From: a virus
Taxonomy: Duplodnaviria > Heunggongvirae > Uroviricota > Caudoviricetes
Reading direction: 5' to 3' (one strand)
Length of the DNA: 53,476 nt
IMG/VR virus record: IMGVR_UViG_3300046524_000235
Shown here piece by piece: positions 40,369 through 49,986 of this stretch (positions are counted from its first letter, which is position 1; each line of letters begins with the position of its first letter). The position numbers and the translations under genes are program-made. The notes under the pieces are model-generated. The model was not told the origin of the DNA, searched no databases, and saw only the letters and a list, made by a program, of their open reading frames with translations.

Positions 40369-40872
40369 ATGTTTCTCATTCTGTACCCGTTCTACGCAAT
40401 TGCATCGCTTCTGTTTGTAGTTGTTACGATGATCTTTGCACCGCTTATCGCTAAGTTCGTAGATGCTGAAGGCAATCTTCCTAAATGGCTCTCATGGTTT
40501 CAAACCTTTGATGCAACGTTATTTGAAGGTCGTCAGCCTCAGTATGGATTTACGGGTACTGATGAGGAAGTAGCTACGAAATGGCTACGTCGTAATCCTG
40601 GCTACACGTTTGATTACGAGCCTCTTGGCGTAGCCTGGGATAAGACTCAGTGGACTGCAACGTTTGTAAAGACTCAAGACGGGACTACGCGTTTTTTCGC
40701 TAAAGGCCCTAACGGTCAATTCAACTATGAATACGGCGGTAAGCATCTTCAAGTTAAGCTAGGCTGGAAAGCGTTTAATCTGTACAATGCTGATACTGGC
40801 ACTTACAGAGATGGCAATTGGGGCCCTCTACCTAGAATCCCAGTTTGCTTCACGATCAAGCCAGTGCTGTAA
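40369..40872 (+). CDS. Hypothetical membrane-anchored protein
   Basis: N-terminal TM; LPKWLSWFQT.D, WLRRNPGY, LGWK motifs. Confidence 0.6.
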   Translation: MFLILYPFYAIASLLFVVVTMIFAPLIAKFVDAEGNLPKWLSWFQTFDATLFEGRQPQYGFTGTDEEVATKWLRRNPGYTFDYEPLGVAWDKTQWTATFVKTQDGTTRFFAKGPNGQFNYEYGGKHLQVKLGWKAFNLYNADTGTYRDGNWGPLPRIPVCFTIKPVL

Positions 40873-40898
40873 AATAAAAACACAACTTTAGAAGAATT

Positions 40899-41348
40899 AT
40901 GAGCTTAGTAACCTTTAACACTGTTAGATTCTACACCCAGGACGATGTGTACCACTACACGGCAGATAATCGTCCCCTCCAAGACTTAGCGTCTAATGAT
41001 ACTTTGCTCCAAGAGGCTATTGATACTGTAAATGATTCCGTTTCTAACTTGGCTACAGTAGTAGTTTCTCCTGGCGATGTCAATGTCGTAGTAGTAGAAG
41101 CGCCTAACACTTTGGTCTATTACACTACTGCTATAACGGCAACTCGTACGGTCACTATGCCGAACATCACAGATAGCAATGTTTGTACTGTTAGGGTTAC
41201 GAGGGCTTCAACGTCTACTGGCTCATTTTCTATCAGTATCAAACAGCCTGGCGGTGCCAACATTAAAAGCCTTTCCTCAGCAGGGACTTGGGCTGATTTC
41301 ATGTATACAGGTTCAGCGTGGATTCAAACAGCAGCAGGAAGTCTATAA
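40899..41348 (+). CDS. Virion structural protein
   Basis: VRFYT..D.YHYTADNRPL.DL..ND N-terminal anchor-like motif. Confidence 0.55.
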   Translation: MSLVTFNTVRFYTQDDVYHYTADNRPLQDLASNDTLLQEAIDTVNDSVSNLATVVVSPGDVNVVVVEAPNTLVYYTTAITATRTVTMPNITDSNVCTVRVTRASTSTGSFSISIKQPGGANIKSLSSAGTWADFMYTGSAWIQTAAGSL

Positions 41349-41363
41349 CAGCTTTGATAAGCT

Positions 41364-41398
41364 AAAAAAAGCCACGCTAGAAACGTGGCTTTTTCTTT
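41364..41398. terminator. Bidirectional intrinsic terminator
   Basis: A7-GCCACG...CGTGGC-T tract between convergent blocks. Confidence 0.85.
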
Positions 41399-41399
41399 G

Positions 41400-41972
41400 T
41401 TACTTACCTGTCTTTTTTCTCATCGCTTTGAACTTCGGCACTAGCTTGTGCCAGATATCTGTCAACTCAGCTACATCATTCATGATGGATACGACTGGAT
41501 GATCTTCAATAGAGATGTTCTTCTTAGGCTCGACCGTGACTCTGACGTCTACCTCTTGAGGCTTACTCTGAGTAATAGGCCCGTCAGGTTCGAACTTCAA
41601 TACAGGCTTTGGCTTGTTTTCTTCTGGTACAGGGAATGGCTTGTAAAAGTTCTGATATGTATTCTGGACAAGCTTAGGCGGATCTTCTCTAACCGGCTCT
41701 GGTTCTGGCTCAATCTCAGGTTCTTCATCACTAATACAATCCATCTCGTATTCGTCTAATGCATCTTCAGCCTGTTCAAGGTTATCTACATCAAACGTCA
41801 ACTGCCCGTCCATATCCGGATGGCATAAAACGATTTGATGAGTGTTATGTTTTGATACATCAGCCATGACTTCTAATTCGATCATGACCTTGACACGTTT
41901 AAGGTGCAGAGGAAAGAGTTCTTTCTCTTCCTCCTTATCTTCATAATATCGTTGATGCCAATCGTCGTGCAT
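41400..41972 (-). CDS. Hypothetical protein
   Basis: 190-aa ORF abutting dUTPase. Confidence 0.6.
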   Translation of the reverse strand: MHDDWHQRYYEDKEEEKELFPLHLKRVKVMIELEVMADVSKHNTHQIVLCHPDMDGQLTFDVDNLEQAEDALDEYEMDCISDEEPEIEPEPEPVREDPPKLVQNTYQNFYKPFPVPEENKPKPVLKFEPDGPITQSKPQEVDVRVTVEPKKNISIEDHPVVSIMNDVAELTDIWHKLVPKFKAMRKKTGK

Positions 41973-42740
41973 TTACTTGCCTTTTAGTACTGGATCCCAA
42001 ACTGCGTCATAGACTTGCTTGTACTTCTCATCTAAGAGACTCTCAAGCTCTGCTTTAAAAGTGTCGCTTGCAGGATTAAGCTTTGCAGCAGTCTCTGAAA
42101 GCCACACGTTATCTTCTACACCATTCCAAGTCTTAATGTAATACTCTCTATTTGAGTAAGCATCTGGACTGTAGATACCTTTCTTATACCCGTTTTTCCA
42201 ACGAAGTTGATTCAGACAAACCTTGCCTACGAATAGAGCGTAAAAGTCTGAGATAGTCAACTTCAATGCAGAAACTACGTCGAAGAAGGAGTATAAAAGT
42301 TGACTGAAGAACGTCCCTTTTACAGCATGAACATCATAGTCTTCATCTCCTCGATTAGTATTCTTCTCGTTATCGTAATCGAGAATATCTGAGATGAGAC
42401 ACTTGATACGACGCTTAAGATACGCTACATCAATTTCACCACTGAAGTTTTTATAATCAGAATGGATCTTGACATGTTTCTCAAAGATATTTTCATAACC
42501 TTCCGCCATTACTTCACTAAACAAGAAGTGACCTACATCAACGATTTCAAGCTTGACTTGATCCCAGTCGATCTTACGGTCAATAGCACGCCACCATTCC
42601 CAGTTCAAATGGTTATATGCTTCGGTAGCCTCAGTGAACATTGCGTCCGGATAGGGCCAACCCTTTTCTTTCCACTCAAGGCTGAGTTTCTGATTGAGAG
42701 TTTCTTGGATGGAGAGAAAGTTTTGAGCGATGCTTGTCAT
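41973..42740 (-). CDS. dut: Dimeric (all-alpha) dUTPase
   Basis: E..EA..H..WEWW, KLEIVDVGHF, K..LN.LR..NGYKKG.Y, K.WNGVEDN motifs. Confidence 0.85.
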   Translation of the reverse strand: MTSIAQNFLSIQETLNQKLSLEWKEKGWPYPDAMFTEATEAYNHLNWEWWRAIDRKIDWDQVKLEIVDVGHFLFSEVMAEGYENIFEKHVKIHSDYKNFSGEIDVAYLKRRIKCLISDILDYDNEKNTNRGDEDYDVHAVKGTFFSQLLYSFFDVVSALKLTISDFYALFVGKVCLNQLRWKNGYKKGIYSPDAYSNREYYIKTWNGVEDNVWLSETAAKLNPASDTFKAELESLLDEKYKQVYDAVWDPVLKGK

Positions 42741-42743
42741 TGA

Positions 42744-43436
42744 TTATTTACCGTCTTCTGAATTGCTGAGAAACGTAGTTCTAACGCCAGTGATGTTATC
42801 ACCGAACGTTGTTGTTTCTTGTGGCATTCCGGGAAAGTCACCGGCACGATAGGGTTGACCAGGCAAGCCAACTGTTGGAGCTGGTTGATATGGAATATAA
42901 GGCTGCGTTATAGGAACTACAGGTGCAGGCTGTACAACCGGATTTTTGTTGAGTTCAGCCTGAATTTCGATAAGTTCTCTTTCTATGTTCAGGAAGAGTT
43001 GAGTAACGAAATTCTTTACAGTAGCGTCAGTTACGATGCTAAGCAAGTATTTATACTCTGTAATCTTTTTCTTTAGCTCGATTAGGCGTTGTTGAGCTGA
43101 TAATGGAGCAACTGTTGGAGCCATGTTAATTGTTAGTTGATCTAGAGGCGATGGAGTCTTTGGACCGATTGTAGGATACACCGGTGTTTGGATGATCCCT
43201 GTTACGGCTTGGTTAGGGCTGAGCTTATTGAAGTCTTCTACTAACTCTTTCAAAGACTTTGTTTTATTACCATTAGCATCAATGCTTATGCGACGCTGTT
43301 TTCTTTCTTCTTCTGAGAGTTCTACCATTTGCTTTCTCACTTCCGTCATGTCTACATGGCCAAGAGACCATTCTTCATAATTGGAAAGAGGGCTTTCGCC
43401 CTCAATCTTATCCGAACTTCTTTTTAAGATCTTCAT
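42744..43436 (-). CDS. Hypothetical protein
   Basis: 230-aa ORF in a packed operon. Confidence 0.6.
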   Translation of the reverse strand: MKILKRSSDKIEGESPLSNYEEWSLGHVDMTEVRKQMVELSEEERKQRRISIDANGNKTKSLKELVEDFNKLSPNQAVTGIIQTPVYPTIGPKTPSPLDQLTINMAPTVAPLSAQQRLIELKKKITEYKYLLSIVTDATVKNFVTQLFLNIERELIEIQAELNKNPVVQPAPVVPITQPYIPYQPAPTVGLPGQPYRAGDFPGMPQETTTFGDNITGVRTTFLSNSEDGK

Positions 43437-43701
43437 ACTGCTTACGTTCTATTTCTTCTCGATTCTTAGCATAAAAAGCTTCTTGTTCAAGCCTACTCTT
43501 ATACTCGTCATCGGTTTCGTCACGATGTACGTCTACGTAGAAATATACTTCCTCATTGTAGTCAGTGGTCCATTCAATAGTAGACTCAGGGCCATACTTC
43601 GCTTCTAGACTCTGAAAGAATTTAACTGCTTCACTAGTCTTGCCAATAAAATCGTACTTACTGAAATCTTCTACGTTTTCAGAAATTTTTCTTTTCGTCA
43701 T
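43408..43701 (-). CDS. Hypothetical protein
   Basis: RDETDDEY..RL...ERKQYE.LKKKF phage-type small protein. Confidence 0.65.
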   Translation of the reverse strand: MTKRKISENVEDFSKYDFIGKTSEAVKFFQSLEAKYGPESTIEWTTDYNEEVYFYVDVHRDETDDEYKSRLEQEAFYAKNREEIERKQYEDLKKKFG

Positions 43702-43862
43702 TGCTCTGAAGCTTTAAGAACTTCTTTAATCAAATTAAAAACAGCGTCATCATTAACAACAGTCTCAGTCCATGAATCTTCATACCAAGACCGTTCACGA
43801 CGCATTGTAAGATTGTTTCTGTGAGTATTTATAAACTCTTTTATGTCTTTGTCGCTAATCAT
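43698..43862 (-). CDS. Small hypothetical protein (54 aa, not in ORF track)
   Basis: MISDKDIKEFINTH...LKASEQ; ATGA overlaps with both neighbours fill the gap exactly. Confidence 0.65.
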   Translation of the reverse strand: MISDKDIKEFINTHRNNLTMRRERSWYEDSWTETVVNDDAVFNLIKEVLKASEQ

Positions 43863-44416
43863 CGATTCTGACTTTCACATTCACCGAGCAGGCCTGCATA
43901 TGCTGCGAGATCAACATAATCATCACGGTTATACTTACCATTACGACTACGTACAATCTTCAACACAACAAGGAACATCCAAGCATCAGCCTCGTTAATG
44001 TTGTGACCGGTAATTGCATTAAACACTTCTGCAATCTTGGCCGCTGTGCGTTCCCCACCTTCTGCATCACGCAATGCTGCACGTTGCTTCATTGTGTTTG
44101 AAGCTTCGTCAAGAAAGCTGTGTGCGCTTTGCTTGTCAGGCTGAGGTTCTTTCTTTAGTTCCTTGATAAATGCTTGAGTTGCTAAATCAGGAACTTCTGT
44201 TGCTGGGAAGGATGGAAGTGGAGCAGCCTTGATCTTATTCTCAATAGGATTAGTCTCAACACCAATCTTACTGAGACGTCTCTCCATTGCTTCCATATCT
44301 TTTCGTACTTGTGCTTCTTGTGATTCTGAAAGCTTTACAACGTGCTCTACATCTTCAGGGTTTGAGTATAGAGCACGTGCCCAATCTACTGCGGTTGTCT
44401 TAAGTGGTTCTGTCAT
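43859..44416 (-). CDS. DUF6378-like domain protein
   Basis: IA..FNAITG...AWMFLVVLKIVR...DDYVDLAAYAGL C-terminal domain. Confidence 0.65.
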   Translation of the reverse strand: MTEPLKTTAVDWARALYSNPEDVEHVVKLSESQEAQVRKDMEAMERRLSKIGVETNPIENKIKAAPLPSFPATEVPDLATQAFIKELKKEPQPDKQSAHSFLDEASNTMKQRAALRDAEGGERTAAKIAEVFNAITGHNINEADAWMFLVVLKIVRSRNGKYNRDDYVDLAAYAGLLGECESQNR

Positions 44417-44922
44417 GCTAGTTGTGGTTCGTTTGGTTCACTCGGAGTTTCCTCCGGTTCGTTAAGTTTTTCAATTTCAGTATCATACCAAATCGCTGCG
44501 ATCAGAGGAAGTGCGGAACCGTAATTTTCGTCTTCCATCAAGTCCATAGCGTCTTTGATACAATTCATATCAGCCCATTTGAGAATCTCAGGATCTGAAT
44601 CCATGAGAAGTTTCTCAACTTCACGGCTGAAAGCGTTACCAATGATCTCTTGCTTACGACTACTAGGAATCGTCTTCATAAACGAGTTAGTGATCTCGTC
44701 TTGAATACTCGTTTCTTCGCTAGCAATTTGATTGCCAATCGTAACATACGCATCCCGGCGATGCACGTAACCCATCACCTTGACCTTCTCTTCCATATCT
44801 TCGAAATGCTGAGTGTAGAGATCAAATGCGTTTTTACATTGATACTTATCGAGATACGGCTGAATCTGCGTGGTAAGGAATTTGATGTTACCAGCGATCA
44901 TTTGTTGAATTTTGCTATACAT
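44413..44922 (-). CDS. Hypothetical protein
   Basis: Packed ORF with overlaps. Confidence 0.6.
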   Translation of the reverse strand: MYSKIQQMIAGNIKFLTTQIQPYLDKYQCKNAFDLYTQHFEDMEEKVKVMGYVHRRDAYVTIGNQIASEETSIQDEITNSFMKTIPSSRKQEIIGNAFSREVEKLLMDSDPEILKWADMNCIKDAMDLMEDENYGSALPLIAAIWYDTEIEKLNEPEETPSEPNEPQLA

Positions 44923-45779
44923 TATTCACTCCACCATTCGTCGTTAAGGATATGTTCAAGAATCTTGAAACCAACTCTACAACCAGCAGCGTTGGGATGC
45001 CCGCCACCGCCTAGTGCTTTACATAGATCAGCTACGTTAACGCCACTATCTTTATGTGAGCGCATTGACAACACTACATCATTGTCTTTGGTAATGAACC
45101 ACATAATCGCAAGATCAACGTTAAGCGTTTTGTCTTCACAGATTGCTGCACCCTTCTCAGAGATGAACTCACCTGTGTTTAGAATCCCTGCTTGATACTT
45201 ATCAAAGTTCACTACCCTGACTGTCTTTGGCACTGCTGCTTCAACGATTTGTTTCTGTTGTTGGAGCAAAGTGTTACCGATGTCGATAAGCTTTGGCAGT
45301 TCTTCTTCCTGCTCAGCATAGTTGTTCCATGCATCCATACGGCCTTTGAGAAGCCCAAGCCCTGAATGCACTGCTGCACTTAGAGGAAACTTGAACTTCC
45401 ACAAGTCACGGTCCTGAACGTACTGAAGCAACATCGGAACAGGGTCGTCGGGATGGAAATATTCCCAGGCTAGCACTGCCCCAGACTTGGTCATATCGAA
45501 GACCACGTCAGAAAGGCCTAGGAGGGCCTCCTGAGCAGTGGCGTGATGGTCGATGACTACTACCCTCTTGCAGCGGCTCCTGAGTGCCTCTAAAGCCGTC
45601 CTGGGCATACTGAAGTCTAACATGAATACCTCAGTGTAACTCGTCTGAGGAAAATCGGGTAGATTTTGACCATACTGACAAGCATGGTATTCAGCATTGT
45701 CACCAAACTTCTTCCAAGCTGCGTAACGTGCACCCGTGCCATCCATGCATGAAGCATGGTAAAGAATTACTGTATTCAT
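44922..45779 (-). CDS. DHH/DHHA1 phosphoesterase (NrnB-like nanoRNase)
   Basis: YH..C.DG, LDFS, IDHH, SGA.LAW, QDRDLW, GGGHPNAAG. Confidence 0.88.
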   Translation of the reverse strand: MNTVILYHASCMDGTGARYAAWKKFGDNAEYHACQYGQNLPDFPQTSYTEVFMLDFSMPRTALEALRSRCKRVVVIDHHATAQEALLGLSDVVFDMTKSGAVLAWEYFHPDDPVPMLLQYVQDRDLWKFKFPLSAAVHSGLGLLKGRMDAWNNYAEQEEELPKLIDIGNTLLQQQKQIVEAAVPKTVRVVNFDKYQAGILNTGEFISEKGAAICEDKTLNVDLAIMWFITKDNDVVLSMRSHKDSGVNVADLCKALGGGGHPNAAGCRVGFKILEHILNDEWWSE

Positions 45780-46639
45780 AGCTGAATCATGTCTGAGTCT
45801 GAGGTGATCAACTCACCATCAAAATATACCTCTGCTTCTACCGTGATTTCGCCATCTGATTCCTGAACGCTAAGACGCAGATCAAGACTCTCCTTAATGA
45901 GATCTCTGAGCATAGTCTTCAACTGTGATTCAGTAACAGTGAGCGGGGCTTCACTAACCGGTTCTCCAAAGATAGCATTAGTGCCATTGGTAGAATTGCC
46001 GTTAGTGTAGTAGAAACTTCTATTCGTCGTGGTAGCAGGGGCAGCTGCCCACATACCTCCTCCAGTTGTAGCTGCTGATGCAGCTGCTACTGTTGCGTAC
46101 TCAATAGCTCCATTGGCATCATTCCCAAAAAGTCTACGAGTGGGACCTTCTTGGTTTAACCAGTCCTGTATAGCTATGCCAGCAGTTGCGCGGGCAGCAT
46201 CAAAACCAACATGAACTGCAGCTAAAGATGGATGAACTCCATCCATAGTAGGCTCTGTAGTAGGCTGACCACGAGCCTGACGTCTTTGATTCTCTTGTTG
46301 CCTCAGACGTTGATCTGGGCGTTGATTCCACTGTGCCATGTCATCATTTCCTAAGTGTTGATCTACTTCGTATCGTATATCTCTAACAATTAACTCTGCG
46401 AAATCGGGCGATTCTCTACGTTGTAGAAAGAGAGGAACATGAGTTTGAACATAAAAGTACTCGATCGTACCTACCAGCCTAAATTGACATCTAATTGTAT
46501 TAGAAGGCTCTGCTACATTGCCTGACCCTGCTAAATTAGGCAGTATTTGAATTTGTACAAAATTTACTCCCCTTGGATACCCGCGATAAGCCTCAGCGAG
46601 TAGATTTGATAAATCACTAACTACTTCTCGTATGTCCAC
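45776..46639 (-). CDS. Hypothetical protein
   Basis: 287-aa ORF in the operon. Confidence 0.55.
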   Translation of the reverse strand: MDIREVVSDLSNLLAEAYRGYPRGVNFVQIQILPNLAGSGNVAEPSNTIRCQFRLVGTIEYFYVQTHVPLFLQRRESPDFAELIVRDIRYEVDQHLGNDDMAQWNQRPDQRLRQQENQRRQARGQPTTEPTMDGVHPSLAAVHVGFDAARATAGIAIQDWLNQEGPTRRLFGNDANGAIEYATVAAASAATTGGGMWAAAPATTTNRSFYYTNGNSTNGTNAIFGEPVSEAPLTVTESQLKTMLRDLIKESLDLRLSVQESDGEITVEAEVYFDGELITSDSDMIQL

Positions 46640-46643
46640 ATTT

Positions 46644-47009
46644 CTATACCGTGTATTCTATTGATTCAATTCCTGCCTGTTTGATAGCCATCATGCATAC
46701 GGGACAGGGCTTAGCCAGTCTAAGTTCACCAGCGTTACCTACCCTTACGACTACTATCTTGGCAGGGATTCCATTCTTTACTTTTACTAAAGCAGCTACC
46801 TCAGCATGTAGCCAGTGACGATGACTGTTCCCAGTCTTCTTAGCTAACTCAGCCTGTCGAGGATGAGTCTTCACATATGAGTTAGTTCCAGTGGCTAAAA
46901 TTTTGCCCTTGCGATCAAGCACCGCTGCTGCTATTCGATACCTACCTGTTTCTGGTTGAGCTGAGTCAAGAGCCAACCTTTTAAGTTTTTCTATAAGTCT
47001 ACTACTCAT
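46644..47009 (-). CDS. Zn-dependent cytidine/dCMP deaminase-like protein
   Basis: HAE and PCPVC motifs; TGGTATAAG promoter at 47033-47041. Confidence 0.85.
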   Translation of the reverse strand: MSSRLIEKLKRLALDSAQPETGRYRIAAAVLDRKGKILATGTNSYVKTHPRQAELAKKTGNSHRHWLHAEVAALVKVKNGIPAKIVVVRVGNAGELRLAKPCPVCMMAIKQAGIESIEYTV

Positions 47010-47052
47010 GGTTTACCCTACTGTGCGTCTCCCTTATACCAAGGATTCGCAA

Positions 47053-47611
47053 GAAACTGGACACATGTCCAGAAATGTCCGTTTTCATTGAAACGAGAAA
47101 ACGTATATAGAACAATGAGTTATAGCACTGCTGTCCAATTTGTCCAGAAACTTTTTAGAAAACTGGACAGGCTCTAAGCCTTTGTATATAAGGCTCACAG
47201 CGATTTTGTCCAGTTTTTTTCACTTTTTTCTAAAAACCATACCTCACTTTCTATTAGAAATAAAAAACTAGCAAAAAGGTTACCTCACCCTCTTATATAT
47301 AAATATATTTTTTAAAAGTTCAAATATAAATATATATATAGTACCCCCATATTCCTGGACTGTTAGGGTGAACCCTATGTTGTTACTTTTTTGTTTTTTT
47401 ATTTATCAAATAGAAAGTGAGGTATGGTTTTTGGAAAAAAGGCCAAAAAACTGGACAATCGGGCTCTCAGCCTTATGCAGCAAGGGTTTCAGCTGTCCAG
47501 TTTTTTTTAGAGAAATTGGACAAACTGGACACGCTCCCCGCAAACCCTTTGTTTATAAGGCTCTAAGGTTTTTGGACAAAATGAGATTTCTGGACATGTG
47601 TCCAGTTTTTT
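47053..47611. repeat. Palindromic iteron-rich element with AT core, copy B (inverted relative to 780-1345)
   Basis: Core CTCTTATATATAAATATATTTTTTAAAAGTTCAAATATAAATATATATATAGTACCCCC is the reverse complement of the copy A core; same arms and TGGACA motifs. Confidence 0.9.
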
Positions 47612-47622
47612 CTCAGAAGGCT

Positions 47623-47651
47623 AAAAAAAGCCGAGTCGAAACCCGGCTTTT
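47623..47651 (-). terminator. Intrinsic terminator after Ro60 gene
   Basis: AAGCCGGG...CTCGGCTT-T tract. Confidence 0.7.
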
Positions 47652-47671
47652 ACTTACTACAACCTTTCAAC

Positions 47672-49303
47672 TTACAGGTTGCCAGCAATGAATTCCGAAA
47701 TGAACCTCGGAGTTGCAGTATCGAAACCAACCACGTCAAGCATATTGCGGTCAGTCGGATCAGCAATGCTGAAGTTGTTCACAGCCATACCAACCGTGAT
47801 CAGCTTAGCTTCAGGCTTGTTCATACCCTGACGATACTTGCGTACCGCTTGGAACACGTGTTGGCCGCCAGACCACGTTTCGTTATCCGTGTAAACACAG
47901 ACAGCGTCAACGTCCCACTTATGTTGAAGCGCATACTCGAACGGCAATGCACAATTCGTACCACCGAAGTTGTGCGCACGAACCTTACCACACGCCGTAG
48001 CCAAAGTATCTTTGGATGTGATCCCGAGATCCTTAAAGCCATTAGCGCCGCTCGTGAAACCACGGATCTCAGTCCACGGCTCTGTGCGAGCGGTGACCAT
48101 AGCCATGATTGCCGTACCTTCAGCACAGCTCAACAGAGGCGTATTGCTGATCGGAGCACTCATTGAACCCGATACATCCAGGCCCAACAGAATGTTCTTA
48201 CCGGACGGCTCTATCGCTTCAAACGAAACATAGAACGCATCTTCCAGATCAGCCACAATGGTACGGGCCGGAGTCCATACGAGTGAACCCTTATCGCCAC
48301 GGCCTTGCGCGTAGATCTTCTGCGCAACTACGATTGACATCGGATGCAGACGTTCCTTGCGGATGGCTTCAACATCGTGGAGCTTGGCAGATACAATCTT
48401 GCTCGTTTCCGAGAAAGGCTTGATCAAACCAACTGCCGTGAGCTTGTTCAGGTTACGAACCAGCGCACCCAGACCCATGTGAGGCACAAGAGCTTCCCAA
48501 ACCTTCGGGTCATTCTTCTGCTCATTCGGAATCATTTCGTGCGTGAGCTTGAAATCCTGGATCAGCTTAATCAATGTCTTCGTATCTGCAGTCTTGGCTT
48601 GCTCTGCAGCAATCAGAAGTTGAGGCACGAGATCGCCTTGCGACAGCGACTCTGCACCCTTGTTGATAAACTTGTACAGGTTCTGACGAACCGGATCGGT
48701 GCCAGGCTTGACGTGAGCCAGACGCATGATGTCCTTGTGGGACCAGCCGTCACGTTGCTTGTACTTTACGATCTGGAACGCAAGCTTATCGGTATCCTTT
48801 GAGGAATACCAGTTCTGAACTACATTCTTGAGCGAACGGCCCCAACCACGCATACCGTTTGCGAATGCAACGAAGTGCATGAAGTGCGTGCCAGTACGAG
48901 CCACGAGATTCAGCTTATCCTTCGCATACAGCTTGGTTGCCACGTCGCCGTGGGTGAAGACCAGAGCCATGACCAGAAGCGCATAGTCATTGTTCTTTGC
49001 ACGGCCAGCTTGGCTGATCTCTACCACACGATCAACCACAACCTTGCCATTTGCCTTGATGAGCTTCACGATCTCATCAGTGTTCTGCTTCGTGATATCC
49101 TTTTCGCTAGCGTAGAACGTACCGCCGCTCGTGCCGATGATAAGGAATCGATCCAGCTTTTGAAGGCCAGAGATCTCAAATACAAAGCCGCCAGCGTTGT
49201 TCTTGACCTGAGCTACCGGAGCGTTGCCAGCCGGGCGATTCTGCGGCGTGGTACGTGCAACAGTACGGGTATTGGTATTCTTTGCGAGGGTATTGAATGA
49301 CAT
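47672..49303 (-). CDS. rsr: Ro60/Rsr TROVE-domain RNA-binding protein with C-terminal vWA domain
   Basis: NNAGGFVF, RFLIIG..GGTFYA, RTGTHF..F, RGWGR, KYKQRDGWSHKD..RL.H, LDVSGSM (MIDAS), YTDNETW, DVVGFD; start ATG 49303 after AAGGAG. Confidence 0.95.
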   Translation of the reverse strand: MSFNTLAKNTNTRTVARTTPQNRPAGNAPVAQVKNNAGGFVFEISGLQKLDRFLIIGTSGGTFYASEKDITKQNTDEIVKLIKANGKVVVDRVVEISQAGRAKNNDYALLVMALVFTHGDVATKLYAKDKLNLVARTGTHFMHFVAFANGMRGWGRSLKNVVQNWYSSKDTDKLAFQIVKYKQRDGWSHKDIMRLAHVKPGTDPVRQNLYKFINKGAESLSQGDLVPQLLIAAEQAKTADTKTLIKLIQDFKLTHEMIPNEQKNDPKVWEALVPHMGLGALVRNLNKLTAVGLIKPFSETSKIVSAKLHDVEAIRKERLHPMSIVVAQKIYAQGRGDKGSLVWTPARTIVADLEDAFYVSFEAIEPSGKNILLGLDVSGSMSAPISNTPLLSCAEGTAIMAMVTARTEPWTEIRGFTSGANGFKDLGITSKDTLATACGKVRAHNFGGTNCALPFEYALQHKWDVDAVCVYTDNETWSGGQHVFQAVRKYRQGMNKPEAKLITVGMAVNNFSIADPTDRNMLDVVGFDTATPRFISEFIAGNL

Positions 49304-49344
49304 TTGAGGCTCCTTAAGTTTAGGGAACAAAGTTTAAATCGACT

Positions 49345-49384
49345 AAAAAAAGAAGGTCTGAATCCAAGATGGAAACAGACCTTC
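49345..49384 (-). terminator. Terminator-like hairpin between ncRNA region and Ro60
   Basis: GAAGGTCTG...CAGACCTTC-T7. Confidence 0.6.
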
Positions 49385-49770
49385 GGGTACTTCTAACTTA
49401 CCACATGTGGTGCTGAACTGGGGACATCTAGGGATCCTGGTTACCAGGGCCCTGGAGATGCTCCTCGTGCTCATCATCTCCGCTCCAGTAGAGGCGTAGC
49501 CGACACTGGGCGGAAAGCTATAACTTAGAGTTACTCTAAGCCAGCAATCTAACAACTGCTTGAGATACGTAAGTCTAGTGGTACTGCGGTCATGACCTGA
49601 CCTCATGCTGGGCTGTAAAGCGACCCAGCGGATCTCCGGCTGTAGTGGAGTAGCGCAAGACGTAGCGCAGCGGAGTCTTGTGGTACGCAACGGAAGCGGG
49701 AAGTTGATACCTACAGAGTTACTCTATAGTCACTTTCCAAACTGCAAAGTTAAATACGAAAGGTCATGAT
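49385..49770. ncRNA. Candidate structured ncRNA of unknown class
   Basis: Dense hairpins in a region with no credible ORF. Confidence 0.35.
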
Positions 49771-49775
49771 GGGGA

Positions 49776-49906
49776 TACGGGCAAAAGGCGTGCTAGAAGA
49801 TTTTACGTGCTCTATCCGCTAAGCTATACAACCCTCAAGGCTGCAGTTGGATTCGAACCAACGCCACGACTTCCGAATAGTGATAATCTAACACTAACGG
49901 CCCGTA
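49776..49906 (-). ncRNA. YrlA-like Y RNA 1; permuted tRNA-Arg(UCG)-like
   Basis: Terminal stem ACGGGCCG/TTTGCCCGT; T arm GTTGGTTCGAATCCAAC, closed acceptor stem, D arm TAGCTTAGCGGATAGAGC; loop ATTCGGA. Confidence 0.8.
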
Positions 49907-49914
49907 AAGAGGAA

Positions 49915-49977
49915 GTGAGCAAATGAAAGTGATCTGGAGGAAATCTTAAAAGGATAATCCAAATCGAAACGGCTCAC
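49915..49977 (-). ncRNA. Minimal Y-RNA-like unit 2 with Lys(UUU) anticodon loop
   Basis: GTGAGCCG/TTTGCTCAC stem; ATC-CTTTTAA-GAT. Confidence 0.7.
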
Positions 49978-49986
49978 AAAATTGAA

